DNA from: Balanoglossus misakiensis
Lineage: Eukaryota > Animalia > Hemichordata
Length of the DNA stretch: 64,000 nucleotides
Direction: 5' to 3'
Assembly (NCBI GenBank): GCA_040954595.2
Contig: CM082585.2
Coordinates: 2,944,902-3,008,901 of the forward strand
Under the pieces are notes generated by a model, which was given only the letters and a program-made list of their open reading frames with translations, was not told the origin of the DNA and did no database searches. Positions 24,901 to 39,900 of this stretch are shown in pieces; the stretch's first letter is position 1, and each line of letters begins with the position of its first letter. Made by a program: the position numbers and the translations under genes.

Positions 24901-27900
24901 AGGGCACCATAACACACATTCCAACCAAATTTCAGCTAAATATGCCAAGTTGTTTTAAAGAAGAAGATTGAAATACAAAAAGTTGACGGACAGACGGACA
25001 ACGGACGGACACTTATCAACCTACTGCTACAGCTCGGCTGACACAAGTGACAGCAGAGCTAATAAAATGATATGAAATAAAATTAAATTAAATTAGGCGT
25101 ATATTCCATGTTAGACCCGAGGTGGTTTTCACCATCTTTTCACCATAGCTCTTCTTGGTCACCAACAAAGCAATAGGGCTCGCAGAGTGTTCTACTGTAA
25201 TTCAACGGATCCATTTTGGGCTGCCACATTTATAATTTTCATTTTCGGCGAGATCTGTCACAGCGCAGTCAGCGGTAGATATGGCGTGTATCACCCCAAT
25301 ATGTAATAATTAACCCAATATGTAATAACACCTTAACCCAATATGTAATACTAACCCAATATGTAATAACACCTTCACCCAATATGTAATACTAACCCAA
25401 TATGTAATAACACTTAACCCAATATGTCATACTAACCCAATATGTAATAACACTTAACCCACTATGTAATAAACTTTAATTCTACATGTAATAAACGTTA
25501 TCAGCTAGCTGCATATGTAATAAACGTTAACCCTATATGTTATAGACTTGAATTTTACATGAAATAGACGTTTTCAGTTAACCCTATATGTAATAAACGT
25601 TAACCCTATATGTAAAAAACTTTAATTCTACATGAAAAAATACGTTATTAGTTAACCCTATATGTAATAAACGTTAACCCTATATGTAATAAACTTTAGT
25701 TCTACATGAAAAAACGTTAATTCTACATGAAAAAAAAAACGTTATTAGTTAACTCTATATGTAATAAACGTTAACCCTATATGTAATAAACTTTAATTCT
25801 ACATGAAATAACGTTAATTCTACATGAAAAAAACGTTATTAGTAAACCCTATATGTAATAAACGTTAACCCTATATATAATAAACGTTAACCCTATATGT
25901 AATAAACTTTAATTCTACATGAAATAACGTTAATTCAACATGAAAAAAACGTTATTAGTTAACCCTATATGTAATAAACGTTAACCCTATATGTAATAAA
26001 CTTTAACTCAATATGTAACACTAACCCAATATGTAATAACACCTTAACCCAATATGTAATACTAACCCAATATGTAATAACACCTTAACCCAATATGTAA
26101 TACAGTAGACCCTCGCTAAGTCGCGCCTCAATAAGTCGCGGTTTCGGCTAAGTCGCGGGTTACAGTATGGCTCCCATTATTTTCTTTGTTTTTCCCCCGA
26201 CATTTTGCTTTGTCGGCCACATCTCAAAATGTTTCAGTAATTTTGTATTTCTTTGCGCGCGGCCGATCGACTGAGGCGCATCACCAGGGCCAATAAAGCT
26301 GTGAACGTGTTGCGGTATGTCAAAATGATCGAACATGTCAATCACGGGAGTTGACAAAATACGCAATAAAGTGGTGTCGCGGTTTGCCTTTGACGGTACG
26401 GCCAAACAATTAACGGTGAATTTGATTAAACGTGTGATGCCAATTTTCACGATTTCTTGGCGGCACGTCTTTGCAAGAGCGCAATAAAATGTCCAAGCAA
26501 TTGGAATGGTTATCATTCTGACCTCACATTTCGAACTGAGCAGTATGTCTAAGCGAAAGTTGGCCAGCGTTTCCGTCCGCGAGAAACTTTCAGCGATCGA
26601 GCGAGTCAAGAACGGCGTCGCGAAAGCGAAGGTTGCACGTGATTTGGGTGTAGGCGAGTCCACTATCCGAGGGTGGATGAAGACCGAGGAAAAGCTGCGA
26701 CAGTTTGTTTTCGAAGTCGATGAGGAGGCGGGGCTGAGCAGAAAACGGGCGAAACATGTAATGGTTACATAAACAGAAGTACGTTATCGCGTTTTCAGTC
26801 AATACCCCCCCCCCATCCCCCTTTTCATGGCCCCTCGTTAAGTCGCGGCCCTCGCTAAGTCGCGGTTTTCCCGATGGACCCCGCCACCCGCGACTTAGCG
26901 AGGGTCTACTGTACTAACCCAATATGTAATAACACCTTCACCCAATATGTAATAACACTGCCCTAATGTATTTTAATGCTAAGCTAAATGAAATACACCA
27001 AATCAATATGAAATTATATCTGAATATGAATTAAAATCCTTACTAAACATGTTTTAAAACTAAACTCAATGTTTTTCATTAACCCAATATGTAATAACAC
27101 TTTAACCCAATATGTAATGGTAAAGGTGGCTTGTATTTTTTTTACAGGGGGGGGGGGGTACATTTGTCTTTCTGGGAAAAGACCATAATATTATTTCATC
27201 TATTTTCAATAGAGGTGGTGATAGAGGGGGCAACCCTATTGTTTAACATACTTCCCGCTTAACCCAACGAATTACTTGCAAGTTCCGGTAGCATTTGATA
27301 GTCCTGGTAAAGTTAACATAGTGATATATTTACCTAACCTTTACACCCACACGAAATCCAGGTAAATTTTGTTGTTTGAACCTCTAGCTTTATGCTATAT
27401 TTCGCAAAACTATTACTATCGGCTGTTAGTATACGGATCCACCCACTAGGGGACTGCAACCACCGGGCTAATTTCCCACATTTGTCTCGTATCACCCGAG
27501 GTGGGGAGGCGCCGGGGGTATGTTGGGGATTAGAAAATTTTGTAAAATAAAGGGCGCGAAACTGCAATTTTGTGGACTCAAAAGCACAAGTTTTGTGGCA
27601 AAAATATGTGAACCCCCTTAACGTTTTAAAAAAAAGATGACCCTCCCCCCCCCCCCCCCCCCCCCCCGCTTTTGGACTTCTAAATTAAGAAAGGTATACT
27701 TGACGCGTAAGGCGTTCAATATCAGTATCTGTTTCACTTTTGACGGGCAAGTAGTGTGCACGGATGGTAAAGTGTACCCGCCCCCATCTCAGGGTTGATG
27801 TGTCCTGATGTATATGGCTTCATTAATACATCTAAAATTTGGAAATTTTCCATGTCAATTATGTGTCCTGGGTAGTCTCTGTATATGTCTGGAAGCTTCC

Positions 27901-30900
27901 ATCTGAGACAATATGTTGATGTCACGCATGCTAACACAGCTTGATTTCAGTACTTTTATAAAGAATTGAGTTTTACTTCAACTCTATTGGGTTAAGGTGG
28001 CATTGCATGAAAAGTTGTGATTTTTGCCAAATTTTACTTTTTTACATAAATCGGTAGGCCTAATACTCACCCACATCCTGACTAATACGTCTTGGCGGAA
28101 ATGGTGCACAATCACCCCCAAATAGCACTTTTCTGAATGAGTTCACAGCTTAACAAATAGGTGTCAACAATGCAAATGGCCGTTTTTCTCGGTTTGCATT
28201 TTCGCTGCTTTTGACAACTTCGGACTAAAATAGCTTCGCCCTGCATTGGCCGAATTTGCTCAAATTTTGACAGGGAATTGTGTATGACCCATCCAACAAA
28301 ACGCTAGTTTTGTTTGTCGATAAAGTGTCCCTGGCGGGAATAAACTCTGATTCAATACAACTCACCGTGAATTTGATAACATTTTCAGAAAATCTAACTT
28401 TCAAACGCTGTTACTCCTCAATGGAAGCAGATAACGCAAAACAAAATTAGCGTTTTTTTGCATGTGTACTTTAGTTTCGAATGACATATTAAGATGCATG
28501 ATGCATGGTCAACTTTTTTACCTATTTTAAATTTCATGACATAATATCAAAAATGGTTTTTTTCACCCAAAATCGCCACCATTTCCGGGGATCAATAATA
28601 TTTGCAACTCAAACAAAAGTTCAAAATCTCAGCTTCCAGAATATATATGGTTTATGGGGGTTTAAACTTTGTCTTTGATGAGAAATAGGCCTCTGAAAAA
28701 GTCTCGACGGTTTCATGCAGTGCCACCTTAATATTACATATTCAAACACATTAGGACAGTGTTATTACATATTGGGTTAAAGTGTTATTACATATTGGGT
28801 TAGTATTACATATTGGGGTAAGTTGTTATTACATATTGGGTTAGTGTTACTTATTGGGTTAAAGTTTATTACATATAGGGTTAACGTTTATTACATATAG
28901 GGTTAACTAAAAACGTTTTTTCAAGTAGAATTAACGTTATTTCATGTAGAATTAAAGTTTATTACATATAGGGTTAACGTTTATTACATATAGGGTTAAC
29001 TAAAAACGTTTTTTCAAGTAGAATTAACGTTATTTCATGTAGAATTAAAGTTTATTACATATAGTGTTAACGTTTATTACATATAGGGTTAACTAATAAC
29101 GTATTTTTTCATGTAGAATTAACGTTATTTCATGTAGAACTAAAGTTTATTACATATAGGGTTAACGTTTATTACATATAGGGTTAACTAATAACGTTAT
29201 TTCATGTAGAATTAAAGTTTATTACATATAGGGTTAACGTTTATTACATATAGGGTTAACTAATAACGTATTTTATATCCCTGCACCAGAATAGACCTGT
29301 ACTGGTCATTTTGCTCTGTTTGTGGGAGATACAAAAACACGACACAACCAGAATTGGCGGAAAATGGCCAAGAGATATTGACCCTTTATTGCAAAGTTAA
29401 CAATGTGTAAAGATGATGAAAAATTCCTCGCCAGTTGCCTGCCTCAATAAAACAGCAAAAACCTCAACAAGGTAGGTATAGGTCAAAGGTCAACCAGCGA
29501 GGAAAATTAACATAACACTAAACACTGTAAAATAGGTACATAAAGAATCTCCCACAAAGGTGTGGGCCTAAAAACGCCTCTAACAACTACAATCCAATGC
29601 GACAATGAGATAAGTAAAGATACAAAGTCCATGTAAGCTCTAAAATACATATACCTCCGTCCCATACGACCTAGGTAGGGGAGGTAGATGGGGATGCGGT
29701 GGTAGTGAAAATTCGATGAGATGAACCAGCTCGTTGTCTTGAAGTCACGGCTGTAAAATGGAAAAGGCTGTTCCTAGTATTGACTCCCCCCCCCTATAGG
29801 AAACTGCAAATATTGTCAAGGCGGGAAAATGAAGTTGCTCTTCCATGAAGTGTCTCCCCCCGGAGACTAAAGTTTTGTAAACCTCCCTGTCGGATAATAG
29901 AAAACTGCAAAACTTGATCACTAAGAAGCATGTCTATAAATGCGATTATAATAGTGATTATAATCGTGCTTTTATATCCCTGCACCAGAATAGACCTGTA
30001 CTGGTCATTTTGCTCTGTTTGTGGGAGATACAAAAACACGACACAACCAGAATTGGCGAAAAATGGCCAAGAGATATTGACCCTTTATTGCAAAGTTAAC
30101 AATGTGTAAAGATGATGAAAAATTCCTCGCCAGTTGCCTGCCTCAATATAACAGCAAAAACCTCAACAAGGTAGGTATAGGTCAAAGGTGAACTGGCGAG
30201 GAAAATTAACATAACACTAAACACATAAAGAATCTCCCACAAAGGTGTGGGCCTAAAAACGCCATAAGCCACACCCTGGTGTGGCCGCCCCACCCAAAAT
30301 GACCAGACCACCCCAGGGAAGGACCCTAAAAACACCATCCCCTGCTCTTGATAGCCAGAAGCCTAACAATTGGTTACCAAGATGCTGGTTGCCTAATGTA
30401 CCCCTTAAAAGCATCTGACTTCCACCTGCCTAAGGCGTGTATCTGTGCATCAGACAAACCGTCTTTAGCAGCTTGAGAGGCTGCTCCTATCCTAAAGCTA
30501 TGTCCCTTGAACCTGTCTACCTCAAAGCCGCAAAAAGTGAGCGAACGCCTAAGCTGTGCCGTGAAATCTCCCCGTCCTATGCCTAACGGCCCTGGCATGC
30601 AGAAAAGAGGGCCAGGCTCACTCCCCCTCAAACGACTAAATTCCCACAATGCCTTAACCGGACACAAGTCGGACCTAAGAACCTTCTGAAATTTGATAAC
30701 AAATACATCGCCTGGTTTACTGTGCTTAAAATTGAATAAGGACACAGTTGCTGACTGTGGCAAACCTGCGCTAACCTGAAACTCCAACTGGTGGAAAAGA
30801 ATGGCTTTTCCAACATCAAACCTATTCCGAACTGTGAATTTCCCAATCCTGAGGTACCCATAGAAGGCTGATAAGAACATAGCCTTAAAAAGAGAACGCT

Positions 30901-33900
30901 GATAAACAGATGTGACCACATTTGGAATGGCCTTAATCAGACGAAGTAGGATATCCCTAGTGATAGGGAGACGATCATCTCGTTGATGCACCAGCTTACG
31001 GTATGACTGGACCAATTTGTGAACCAAAAAGGACTTAGTAGGGTCCTGCAAGCCTGCAAGTTTATGAACGTAGCTAATGGCTGACAAATAGGTAGAAACA
31101 GTGGATGGGGCAAGGTGTTGCCTAGAGAGGTGACCAATAAACAATGTGACCGAGGATTCTGACAGCAGCAGAGATGGACAATGCACCCCTAACTGGCTAC
31201 CCATGAACTATGTAAGAACTCTCCAAGCACGCTGATAGGTTGACCTGGTAGAACTGTGAAGAGCCTGCTGCAGAAGTCTGCCTACTTCCATGTCCAATGT
31301 ATAGGTAGCAACTGAGACGGCACTGGAGTCGGATAGGTATCCATGCCCCGAGATGCAGACTTGAACTGGCCTACCTGCAAGCGGGAAAGACAGTCTGCCA
31401 AAATGTTATGCTTACCAGGAATATGTTTAGCTCGAAAAAGAATGTTGTACTGAAGGCTAGTGAGCACAATCCGTCTAACCAAAATCAAAAGGTCCCTGTC
31501 CTTCGCTGTTTGTTTATTCAAGACTGACACCAAGGCCTCATTATCAGTGTAGAACATCACACGTTTGTTACATAGCTTTTGTCCCAAACCTCTAACGCCA
31601 GCATGATAGGGAATAACTCCAGGACTGCGATATTTAGTGCATGCCAACTAGTAGGCCACTCTCCAAAGAACCAGTGAGAACCAAAAATGCCACCATACCC
31701 AAGAGACCCAGCTGCATCTGTGAACAAACGAAGTGAGTCGGATGAATGCCACCGATCCTCTATAAAAAACGACTTCCCGTTGTAATGGTCTAGGAACTGT
31801 TTCCACACTAGGAGGTCTGCTTTAACCTCTCTGGTCAGACGTAAAAAGAAGTGCGACTTCTTGACCCCTTTCGTTAAATCGATCAACCTACGTAAAAATG
31901 CCCGTCCTGGGAGCACCACCAAACAAGCAAAATTTAAGGTCCCAACCAATGACTGAATTTCCTGTAGCCTAACCTTTCTTCTAGACAAAAAGGAATTGAT
32001 CAAGTTGCGGCACCGAAACAATTTATCCTCTGGGAGCCTAGATTCTCCTAATACAGTGTCTAATTCGATACCTGCGAAAACCAAAGTAGTACTGGGCCCC
32101 ATGGTCTTATCCTGAGCAATAGGAACCCCCAGTTCTGCACAAAAACCTAGGAATGTCTGTAGATCCGCTGAACACCGTTCTTTGTTACTAGCCAGAAAAA
32201 GGAAATCGTCTAGAATGTGAATAACAGCCTCCACGCCTGCAACCTGATGAGACATCCACTCTAATGCAGTACTAAACTGTTCAAAAATGCGACAGGACGA
32301 CGAACACCCCATAGGCAGACATCTATCAAAGAAGAAACACCCATCCCACTTGAAACCCAACAAGCAATGATCCTGAGGTGCCACTGGTATGATTCTAAAT
32401 GCTGACTTGATGTCAGTCTTAGCCAAAAAACATCCCGGGCCCAACCTCAAAATGATCCGAACTGCATCATCAATGGTGGCATACTGAACAGTTGCCAACT
32501 CAGGAGGAATACCGTCATTAACTGATGACCCCGGAGGAAAAGAAAGGTGGTGAATAAACCGAAACTTACCGGCCTGTTTTTTGGGAACAAGACCCAATGG
32601 GGAAATGTGGAAGTTGGGAAAAGGTGGTGAACGAAAGGGCCCTGCGACCCTGCCTGCATGTACCTCAGAAGTAAGCATGACCCTAACTGCTTCAGGATTG
32701 TCAAGTGCAGACTTCAAATTAGGTGATGACCCCCCGCCCCTATGACCACAGTACTTTATTGAAAAACCATGTGAAAAACCTGCCAACAAATACGCCGCCT
32801 TGCTCTTGTCGTAGCCGTGTAGAAACTGCCTAAGAACTTGAACCTTTACTGGTGACACTATTATTGGCAACGGAGGGCTGTTTGGACACCACGGAAGCTC
32901 TGGAAGCGTGGTAGGGACCTCCTCCTTTTCCAGAGTGAAAGGGCTGATGGACTCCTTCCCCACTGCTGAGACTAGATGAGCTTTTGACACTACACATGGA
33001 AATGGGATGGTTTACCCCACACTTAAAGCACTTGTGGTCGAAGCGACATCCAGGGCAGAACTTTCCTGAGTGAAAACGCCAACAAACCCCTTTCGGAAAG
33101 GACGTACTGGAGAAACCCGAAATGGAACTGTTACTGCTAGACATGGGGGCAGCCCGATCAGAAGACAAATTCTTAACCCTATGTATGGCCTGTAACCACA
33201 ACTCCCAGTGAATCTGGTCTCAAGGAACAGGAGTCGACTGCTTCATAAAGCGAAACTGCTCATCGTAAAACTTCCAGCCCGCTTTTTTGGCAGCTAGATC
33301 CGGCACCACTTCCCCATACTTCAAAAGGCCTGCAATGTCTTCAGGCTTTCTCAATGTGTACACAGCTACAAAGATGTTAAAAGCTGAAATCCACTGCTCA
33401 ATGTAAGTAATTTTCTTAGCACTAGCAACGGGCTCTAGACATAGCTGAGGCCTACCAACACTATCAGATAAAGCGACGGTGTATTTACCATCACGCAGGG
33501 AGGGATTGATGAGCAAAGACGCGAAATCGATGTAATCACCTGCCCAGATTTTAGCCTTAACCTTATCCGACACCCTTGTAACCAAGGGCATGGATTGGCT
33601 TGCAAACAGTGTGGTAGGTTGACGCTCTGTCTCAGACCCCTGAATAGTAGGTGTTAGATTAACCTGACATGCAGGTTCATCCTGGACCTGACCTTGTGGT
33701 AACGACTCAACTTGCACCTCTGGACCAGTAGTGTCATGGATGACTTGATTAGCGACTGATGAAGATGCGGTGGCTGTCGCTGTAGGTGGGCTTGCAGCGG
33801 GAAAAAGGCCGGCTTCTTTAAGACTCTTGACGACTGCCTTAGATATTGAGGTAGCTAACGCATCTGGGTCGATGGTTGAACTTGGGGCCGGCTGTTCTCC

Positions 33901-36900
33901 CTGTTGTGAACCTGCCTGGGTTGGTACCTCAGCACTTGATGACGTGGCCTTGCGCTTAGGCTAAATAGTCTTGCCCTTCGAAGTAGCTTTCCGCTTCGAT
34001 GGCATGCTGTTGATTTAAATATTAAGTACAAGTAAAGTGTGCTAAAAATTATATGCCCCTATTGGCTAAAATAATCGAATAACATAGCTATGTAGGAGTA
34101 CCAATAAAATCTGTAAAATGTAAAATAAACTATCAGCAATATACTCCTCAGAAAAACAACCCTTCTAATAAAGGGTATTGTGAGTTAATTAACGTGAAAA
34201 AGGAAAACACCTTATAAATGGCCACCATATGATATGGTTACCGAGAAAATTGATGTATAATACTTGTGACATGCATAGCAAAACCACCACTGGGTAACGA
34301 TAAAATTGCCAGAATGTCACGACCCGAGGTAATGGTTCGGCGGGAAAAGTCAAACAAAGTAGCAAAATAAACCTGCTAAAATTGATCATGTGACCCGTCA
34401 GGCGGGAATTGCACCGTGAAAAGATGCAAGCACTGATTTATAAATGATCCCAACAATAAATCCTGACAGAGACAAATTAAAATAAAAAGTAAACGTCTTT
34501 TCTATGAAAAAGACTATCATTTGTATCGCCCGATAATTTCTGGCGAGTAAAGATACCTTCACTTGTATCATGTTGCACTCGTACAATGAAAAGTCTAGAT
34601 GTAATATAACCAAGTCTCAAAATTTGAGAGAAGAAAGTGCGTAATGTAATGTAAAATGAAAATAAACCACGTAGATGAAAACCTTGGAAAAAGGTAAAAA
34701 CGGACGCCGTAATATATCAATGTGGGGCTTGTAAAACTATACCATAAAATGTAATTACAACTCGGGATGCAAAACTGTGAAACGGCGTTAAATGAAAGCT
34801 ACTATGAAATATTGATTAACATATATACCGACAACTACTTCGTAAAAAAGAAAATAGCCTTAGCATTTACCGCCAATGCTATATGCAATTCTCTACAAAA
34901 ACCTTATGAATGGTAGGAAATTGGCACTTGCCTGAAAATTCGAAGAAAAAGTGAAAATTCGAGGAGATGAACCAGCTCGTTGTCTTGAAGTCACGGCTGT
35001 AAAATGGAAAAGGCTGTTCCTAGTATTGACTCCCCCCCCCCCCCATAGGAAACTGCAAATATTGTCAAGGCGGGAAAATGAAGTTGCTCTTCCATGAAGT
35101 GTCTCCCCCCGGAGACTAAAGTTCTGTAAACCTCCCTGTCGGATAATAGAAAACTGTAAAACTTGATCACTAAGAAGCATGTCTATAAATGCGATTATAA
35201 TAGTGATATATTAACGTATTTTTTCATGTAGAATTAACATTATTTCATGTAGAACTAAAGTTTATTACATATAGGGTTAACGTTTATTACATATAGGGTT
35301 AACTAATAACGTATTTTTTCATGTAGAATTAACATTATTTCATGTAGAACTAAAGTTTATTACATATAGGGATTAACGTTTATTACATATAGGGTTAACT
35401 AATAACGTTTTTCTTGTAGAATTAACGTTATTTCATGTAGAATTAAAGTTTATTACATATAGGGTTAACGTTTATTACATATAGGGTTAACTAATAACGT
35501 ATTTTTTCATGTAGAATTAACGTTATTTCATGTAGAACTAAAGTTTATTACATATAGGGTTAACGTTTATTACATATAGGGTTAACTAATAACGTATTTT
35601 TTCATGTAGAATTAACGTTATTTCATGTAGAATTAAAGTTTATTACATATAGGGTTTACGTTTATTACATATAGGGTTAACTAATAACGTATTTTTTCAT
35701 GTAGAATTAACGTTATTTCATGTAGAATTAAAGTTTTTTACATATAGGGTTAACGTTTATTACATATAGGGTTAACTGAAAACGTTTATTTCATGTAAAA
35801 TTCAAGTTTATAACATATAGGGTTAACGTTTATTACATATGCAGCTAGCTGATAACGTTTATTATATGTACATTACGTTACCACTCCATTAAAACTAAAA
35901 CCCGAGTTAGCAGGCCTAACTCGGGTCTGAGGGGGTTGCCTTATCAGTGCCTGTGTAAACAAAACAATCACAGATTACGTTGTAGTAAAGTGCAAGGTCA
36001 AGATTAATTCCCCTGCTCAGACTGATTACCTTTACAGAGTATTCATGGGCAGGATTATTTTGGTTTGAAATAAAATAGTAGATGCTTAAACTACTTGTAA
36101 AACACTAATATTATGCACTATAAAACTGTTTGTGATAATAATAATTTGTTGACGAATTCATGGTTATGCTACTTATACCCAAATACATGCCGTGGGATAC
36201 CCCATATGTGAGCGTAGTAATCTTACATCAAAAGTAGTCCCATGCTCAAAGTAATCTTGACTTAAATTTGGCATTTTATCAGCAAACACCTGATAGGAAG
36301 TCAGGTTTATGGGGGACTTAGCTTCCTTGTGTGTACATTACCTGAGATAAAAAGGGGGGGGGGGGTGGTTGGCTGCCTCTAGTTTTTAATGGAGTGGTAA
36401 CGTAATGAGAATTAAAGTTTATTACATACTGGGTTAAGTGTTATTACATATTGGGTTAGTATTACATATTGGGTTAAGTGTTATTACATATTGGGTTAGT
36501 ATTACATATTGGGTTAAGTGTTATTACATATTGGGTTAGTATTTTATATTTTGGTTTAATTATTACATATTGGGGTGATACTGCCAGAGGGACATTTGCT
36601 AGAGTGCCATGTGCAACGACACTCCCGCTAAAACAAGTTCACTTCAGTCTCTCTCAATCTCCCTCTCTCCCTCTCTCTCTCAATGATGATAAAAGTTGCC
36701 CTTTTAATCTGTATTGCTTTATAGTGATGAGTTTACGGGAGAATTTCGTGGACCTTGGCCAGTTCAACATCAAAACTTTCTGGACAAGACATCGGTGCGC
36801 CTCAAACCTCTCGCAGGCCATTTTGAATGGCGAGGAAACAAACGATAATATCTATATCCACCAGGAAGACACGTGGTTCTGGGTGTACCTCTTCTGTGAC

Positions 36901-39900
36901 GAGCAACCGGGGCGGTTTGTCTTTTCCCTTAGCATGGTTCCTGACCCATTAAAATTTGTTGAATTTGAAGTTTATGTACGTGAAATGCCAGGTAAGCAGA
37001 ATTCTGAATATAACCTGTATACAACCATCTTCCTTCAATTATTGATCAATTCTAAGGAACAAACTGCCATCTGATATTTGTCAGCTTCTAACATTTGTAC
37101 TTTCGGATCTTGGCTTAAGACATTTTTAATGAGAGCGAATACCTGTGATCTATTGTAAAGCGCCGGTGGATACGATAGCCGCTAGAGAAATCATTTATCC
37201 TTTCCTATCCTAACTTGGCCTGTACCCATGGGCAGAACATGTCACAACAGGCTTTGTCTGTCCACAAGCGCCTGTGGAACTTTCTGAAACACTGTGGTGT
37301 TCTTGGCTCCAGCGTCCCATATCCTAGTCACAGGTGCAAGTATTGGATTGGCTGACTCACAGTTGCATGTATACTCTCACACGCTGAATAACACACCTAA
37401 GGAAACAGAATGAATCTATCTACACACTGTATCCTATTTGCAATAAGTCATGTATTTCAATAAGATGAAGAGACTTATACTTAAATCTACCTAAAAGGAT
37501 AATAATTGGAGGTTAAACCATTTGCTCAACCAGCTGTGAACTGAATGCGCTTGCGTTGTTGGACGTGTCAGTGTAATTTGTATGTATGCCAGCTGGCATC
37601 CGTGTAAAATAGTGAGTGGTGCATATTGTATCTTGCAGAGAATATCGTTGACTACTGCAATACGACCCCCTGCCTCAATGGGGGAACCTGTGTCAATGTC
37701 ATTGAGACGTATACTTGCATTTGTCCATTTGGATTCACGGGCACTCACTGCGAATGGAGTAAGTCAAAATCCCTGAATTCTTAATCCCTGATACACACAG
37801 ACACGAACTCGCGCGCGCATGCACACACACACACACACACCTTATGTTAAAAGTTTGATTGGCGTGTCACTATACATACATACATACATACATACATACA
37901 TACATACATACATACATACATACATACATACATACATACATACATACATACATACATACATACATACATACATACATACATACATACATACATACGTACA
38001 TACATACATACATACATACGTACGTACATACATACATACATACATACATACATACATTACATACATACAGTATTCTTTCAATTTACAATGAAAATAAAAT
38101 AGATACAAAATATTGTTAATTTTTTTGGAAAGTAATTGACCGCAAAAAGTTAAAGCCCCAGTATTGCTCGTGTGTATCCATTTTACATCATCGAAAAATG
38201 CCCGTTTTTCCCGTACATTTATCATGGAATACTACATAATGAAGATAGAAGAAAGGTTTGCGCAACTGTAGCTACGTGCAAGCTGTAAATATTGCCCGTA
38301 ACACTTGAAATGATGCGCGGGTTTGTTTACAATGGAAATGTTGTACATGTCGATCAGCAAACGTGCCACTTTGACATTTGATGGTCAGACTATTTTCGGA
38401 TTTGATCTGGTTCCATCGACTGATTTCTCCCATAAAGTTATCTTCCCAAAATTTCGCCGAATTAGTGCGCATTTCTTCGCTGAGTCGCTTGATTTGGGGC
38501 GACCAAACCTCTTCCGCATAGATTCACATTTGAGTGCGCATGCGCACTAGTCACGTGTGTCAACAGAGCCTGACTTTCTGTCCGGACAGAAAGTCATTCT
38601 TCACTCGTTATATTGTAAATTGTATGAGTTTATGAGCAGAGCTGGGGATGATGACTGTTCGATTCAGTATCAATTATCATCTACTTTTAGAAATTATAGA
38701 TGCCGTTTCAAACAAAATTTTGCCCCTACGAGAAATACTGAGGCTTTAAGAAGTGATTTTCAAAAAATTCCTGTCTAAAAGAAACGAAACTGTTGAAATG
38801 AAAGCTCACACTTAATGCATTCACCTTGTGTATAATATAATTTGTAAGCAGATGCAGCGTTTGTGGTGTTGGGCCCATTCCCGTTCGATTTTGTCGAAGA
38901 AAAATGCAAAGACGTCGGTGCTGATGTGGCCACTTTCCATACGGTGCGCACGGCCTGGCGGTTCGGTCTAGAAACCTGTGACTATTTATGGATTGAGGGC
39001 CAGTTTCGATGGTTTTCCAGAACAGGAAAGTCGAACTGTCCCTACGCCACCTCCTACCTGATAGCCGATGTAACCGAGTCAATAATCCGACGGAGTCACG
39101 TGTTCTGCACACCCCGAAATGCCCAAGGTAATAGTCCATTTTCCGATCTCCACTAGACCTTACGAGATCCCGCGTGGCCAGACAGTTTGTTCATGTAAAA
39201 CAAGAAAAACAACACATGGCCCATAGTTTTATTTGGAATAAAGCTTAAATCTGGTGACTCTGAACACAAAAATAGCATTATAACATACACTATTTTTCAA
39301 TATCGCAACAGCGACCTCTACGTCATGTCTCAAACCTCTGGGTATGGAGGATTTACGTATCGCGCATTCGCAAATCACCGCGTCCTCGTACGTGAACGTG
39401 GACTTGGCACCACACTATGCCAGGCAGCTTGATATTCACTACAACGGACACAAGCGCCCCCTGAGATTCCAGCACATACCGGGCGTTAATCTGGAACGGG
39501 TGGACCCAGAGAGGATCCCCGGATGGGTGCCCAAAGAGGATGACCAGTTCCCGTGGATCCAGGTGGACTTTCTGATGATGACGAACGTCACCGCCATCGC
39601 CACTTCCAAATTCAAGTATCACGAGGACTGGAAGACTTATGCCCAAAATCCCATCAGTAAAGATAAGGCAGTTTGGTATCTACTCAATCATTTCACTCTG
39701 ACCTACAGTGATGATGGAGAAAACTGGTTGCCCCACCTGGACATCAATCAAAGAACTGCTGTAAGTCTCTACCAAATAGTAATAGAAATCAATTTACATT
39801 TTCTATATGGAAGAAATAAACTAGGTAAAACTAAGCCAGAATATTATAGGTTTAGGCTTTGGAACATCTATTATATCTGAACAATGAAGTTAAACATTAC

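Larger units (their letters stand above)
29271..35207 (-). mobile_element. Ngaro-type tyrosine-recombinase (DIRS order) retrotransposon with split direct repeats
   Basis: Order A1 (34950-35207), gag, RT/RH, YR, B1 (29971-30263), A2 (29704-29970), B2 (29271-29578). Confidence 0.92.
25288..36581. mobile_element. Foldback element with tandem-repeat arms, hosting four nested insertions
   Basis: Ends gtatcaccccaatatgtaataatt and aattattacatattggggtgatac. The left arm is an aacccaatatgtaat array and the right arm is its reverse complement. Confidence 0.8.

Noticed and set aside
25288-26101. Regularly spaced short repeats resembling a CRISPR array
   Set aside because: The spacers are themselves repeated, there are no cas genes, the context is eukaryotic, and the array is mirrored at 28731-36581 as a foldback arm.
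36478-36724. N-terminal part of the 198-aa ORF
   Set aside because: Derived from the satellite arm and intron. Only 36725-36991 is exon-like.
37819-38225. ORFs with YIHT/MYVC repeats
   Set aside because: Translations of the (TACA)n microsatellite.
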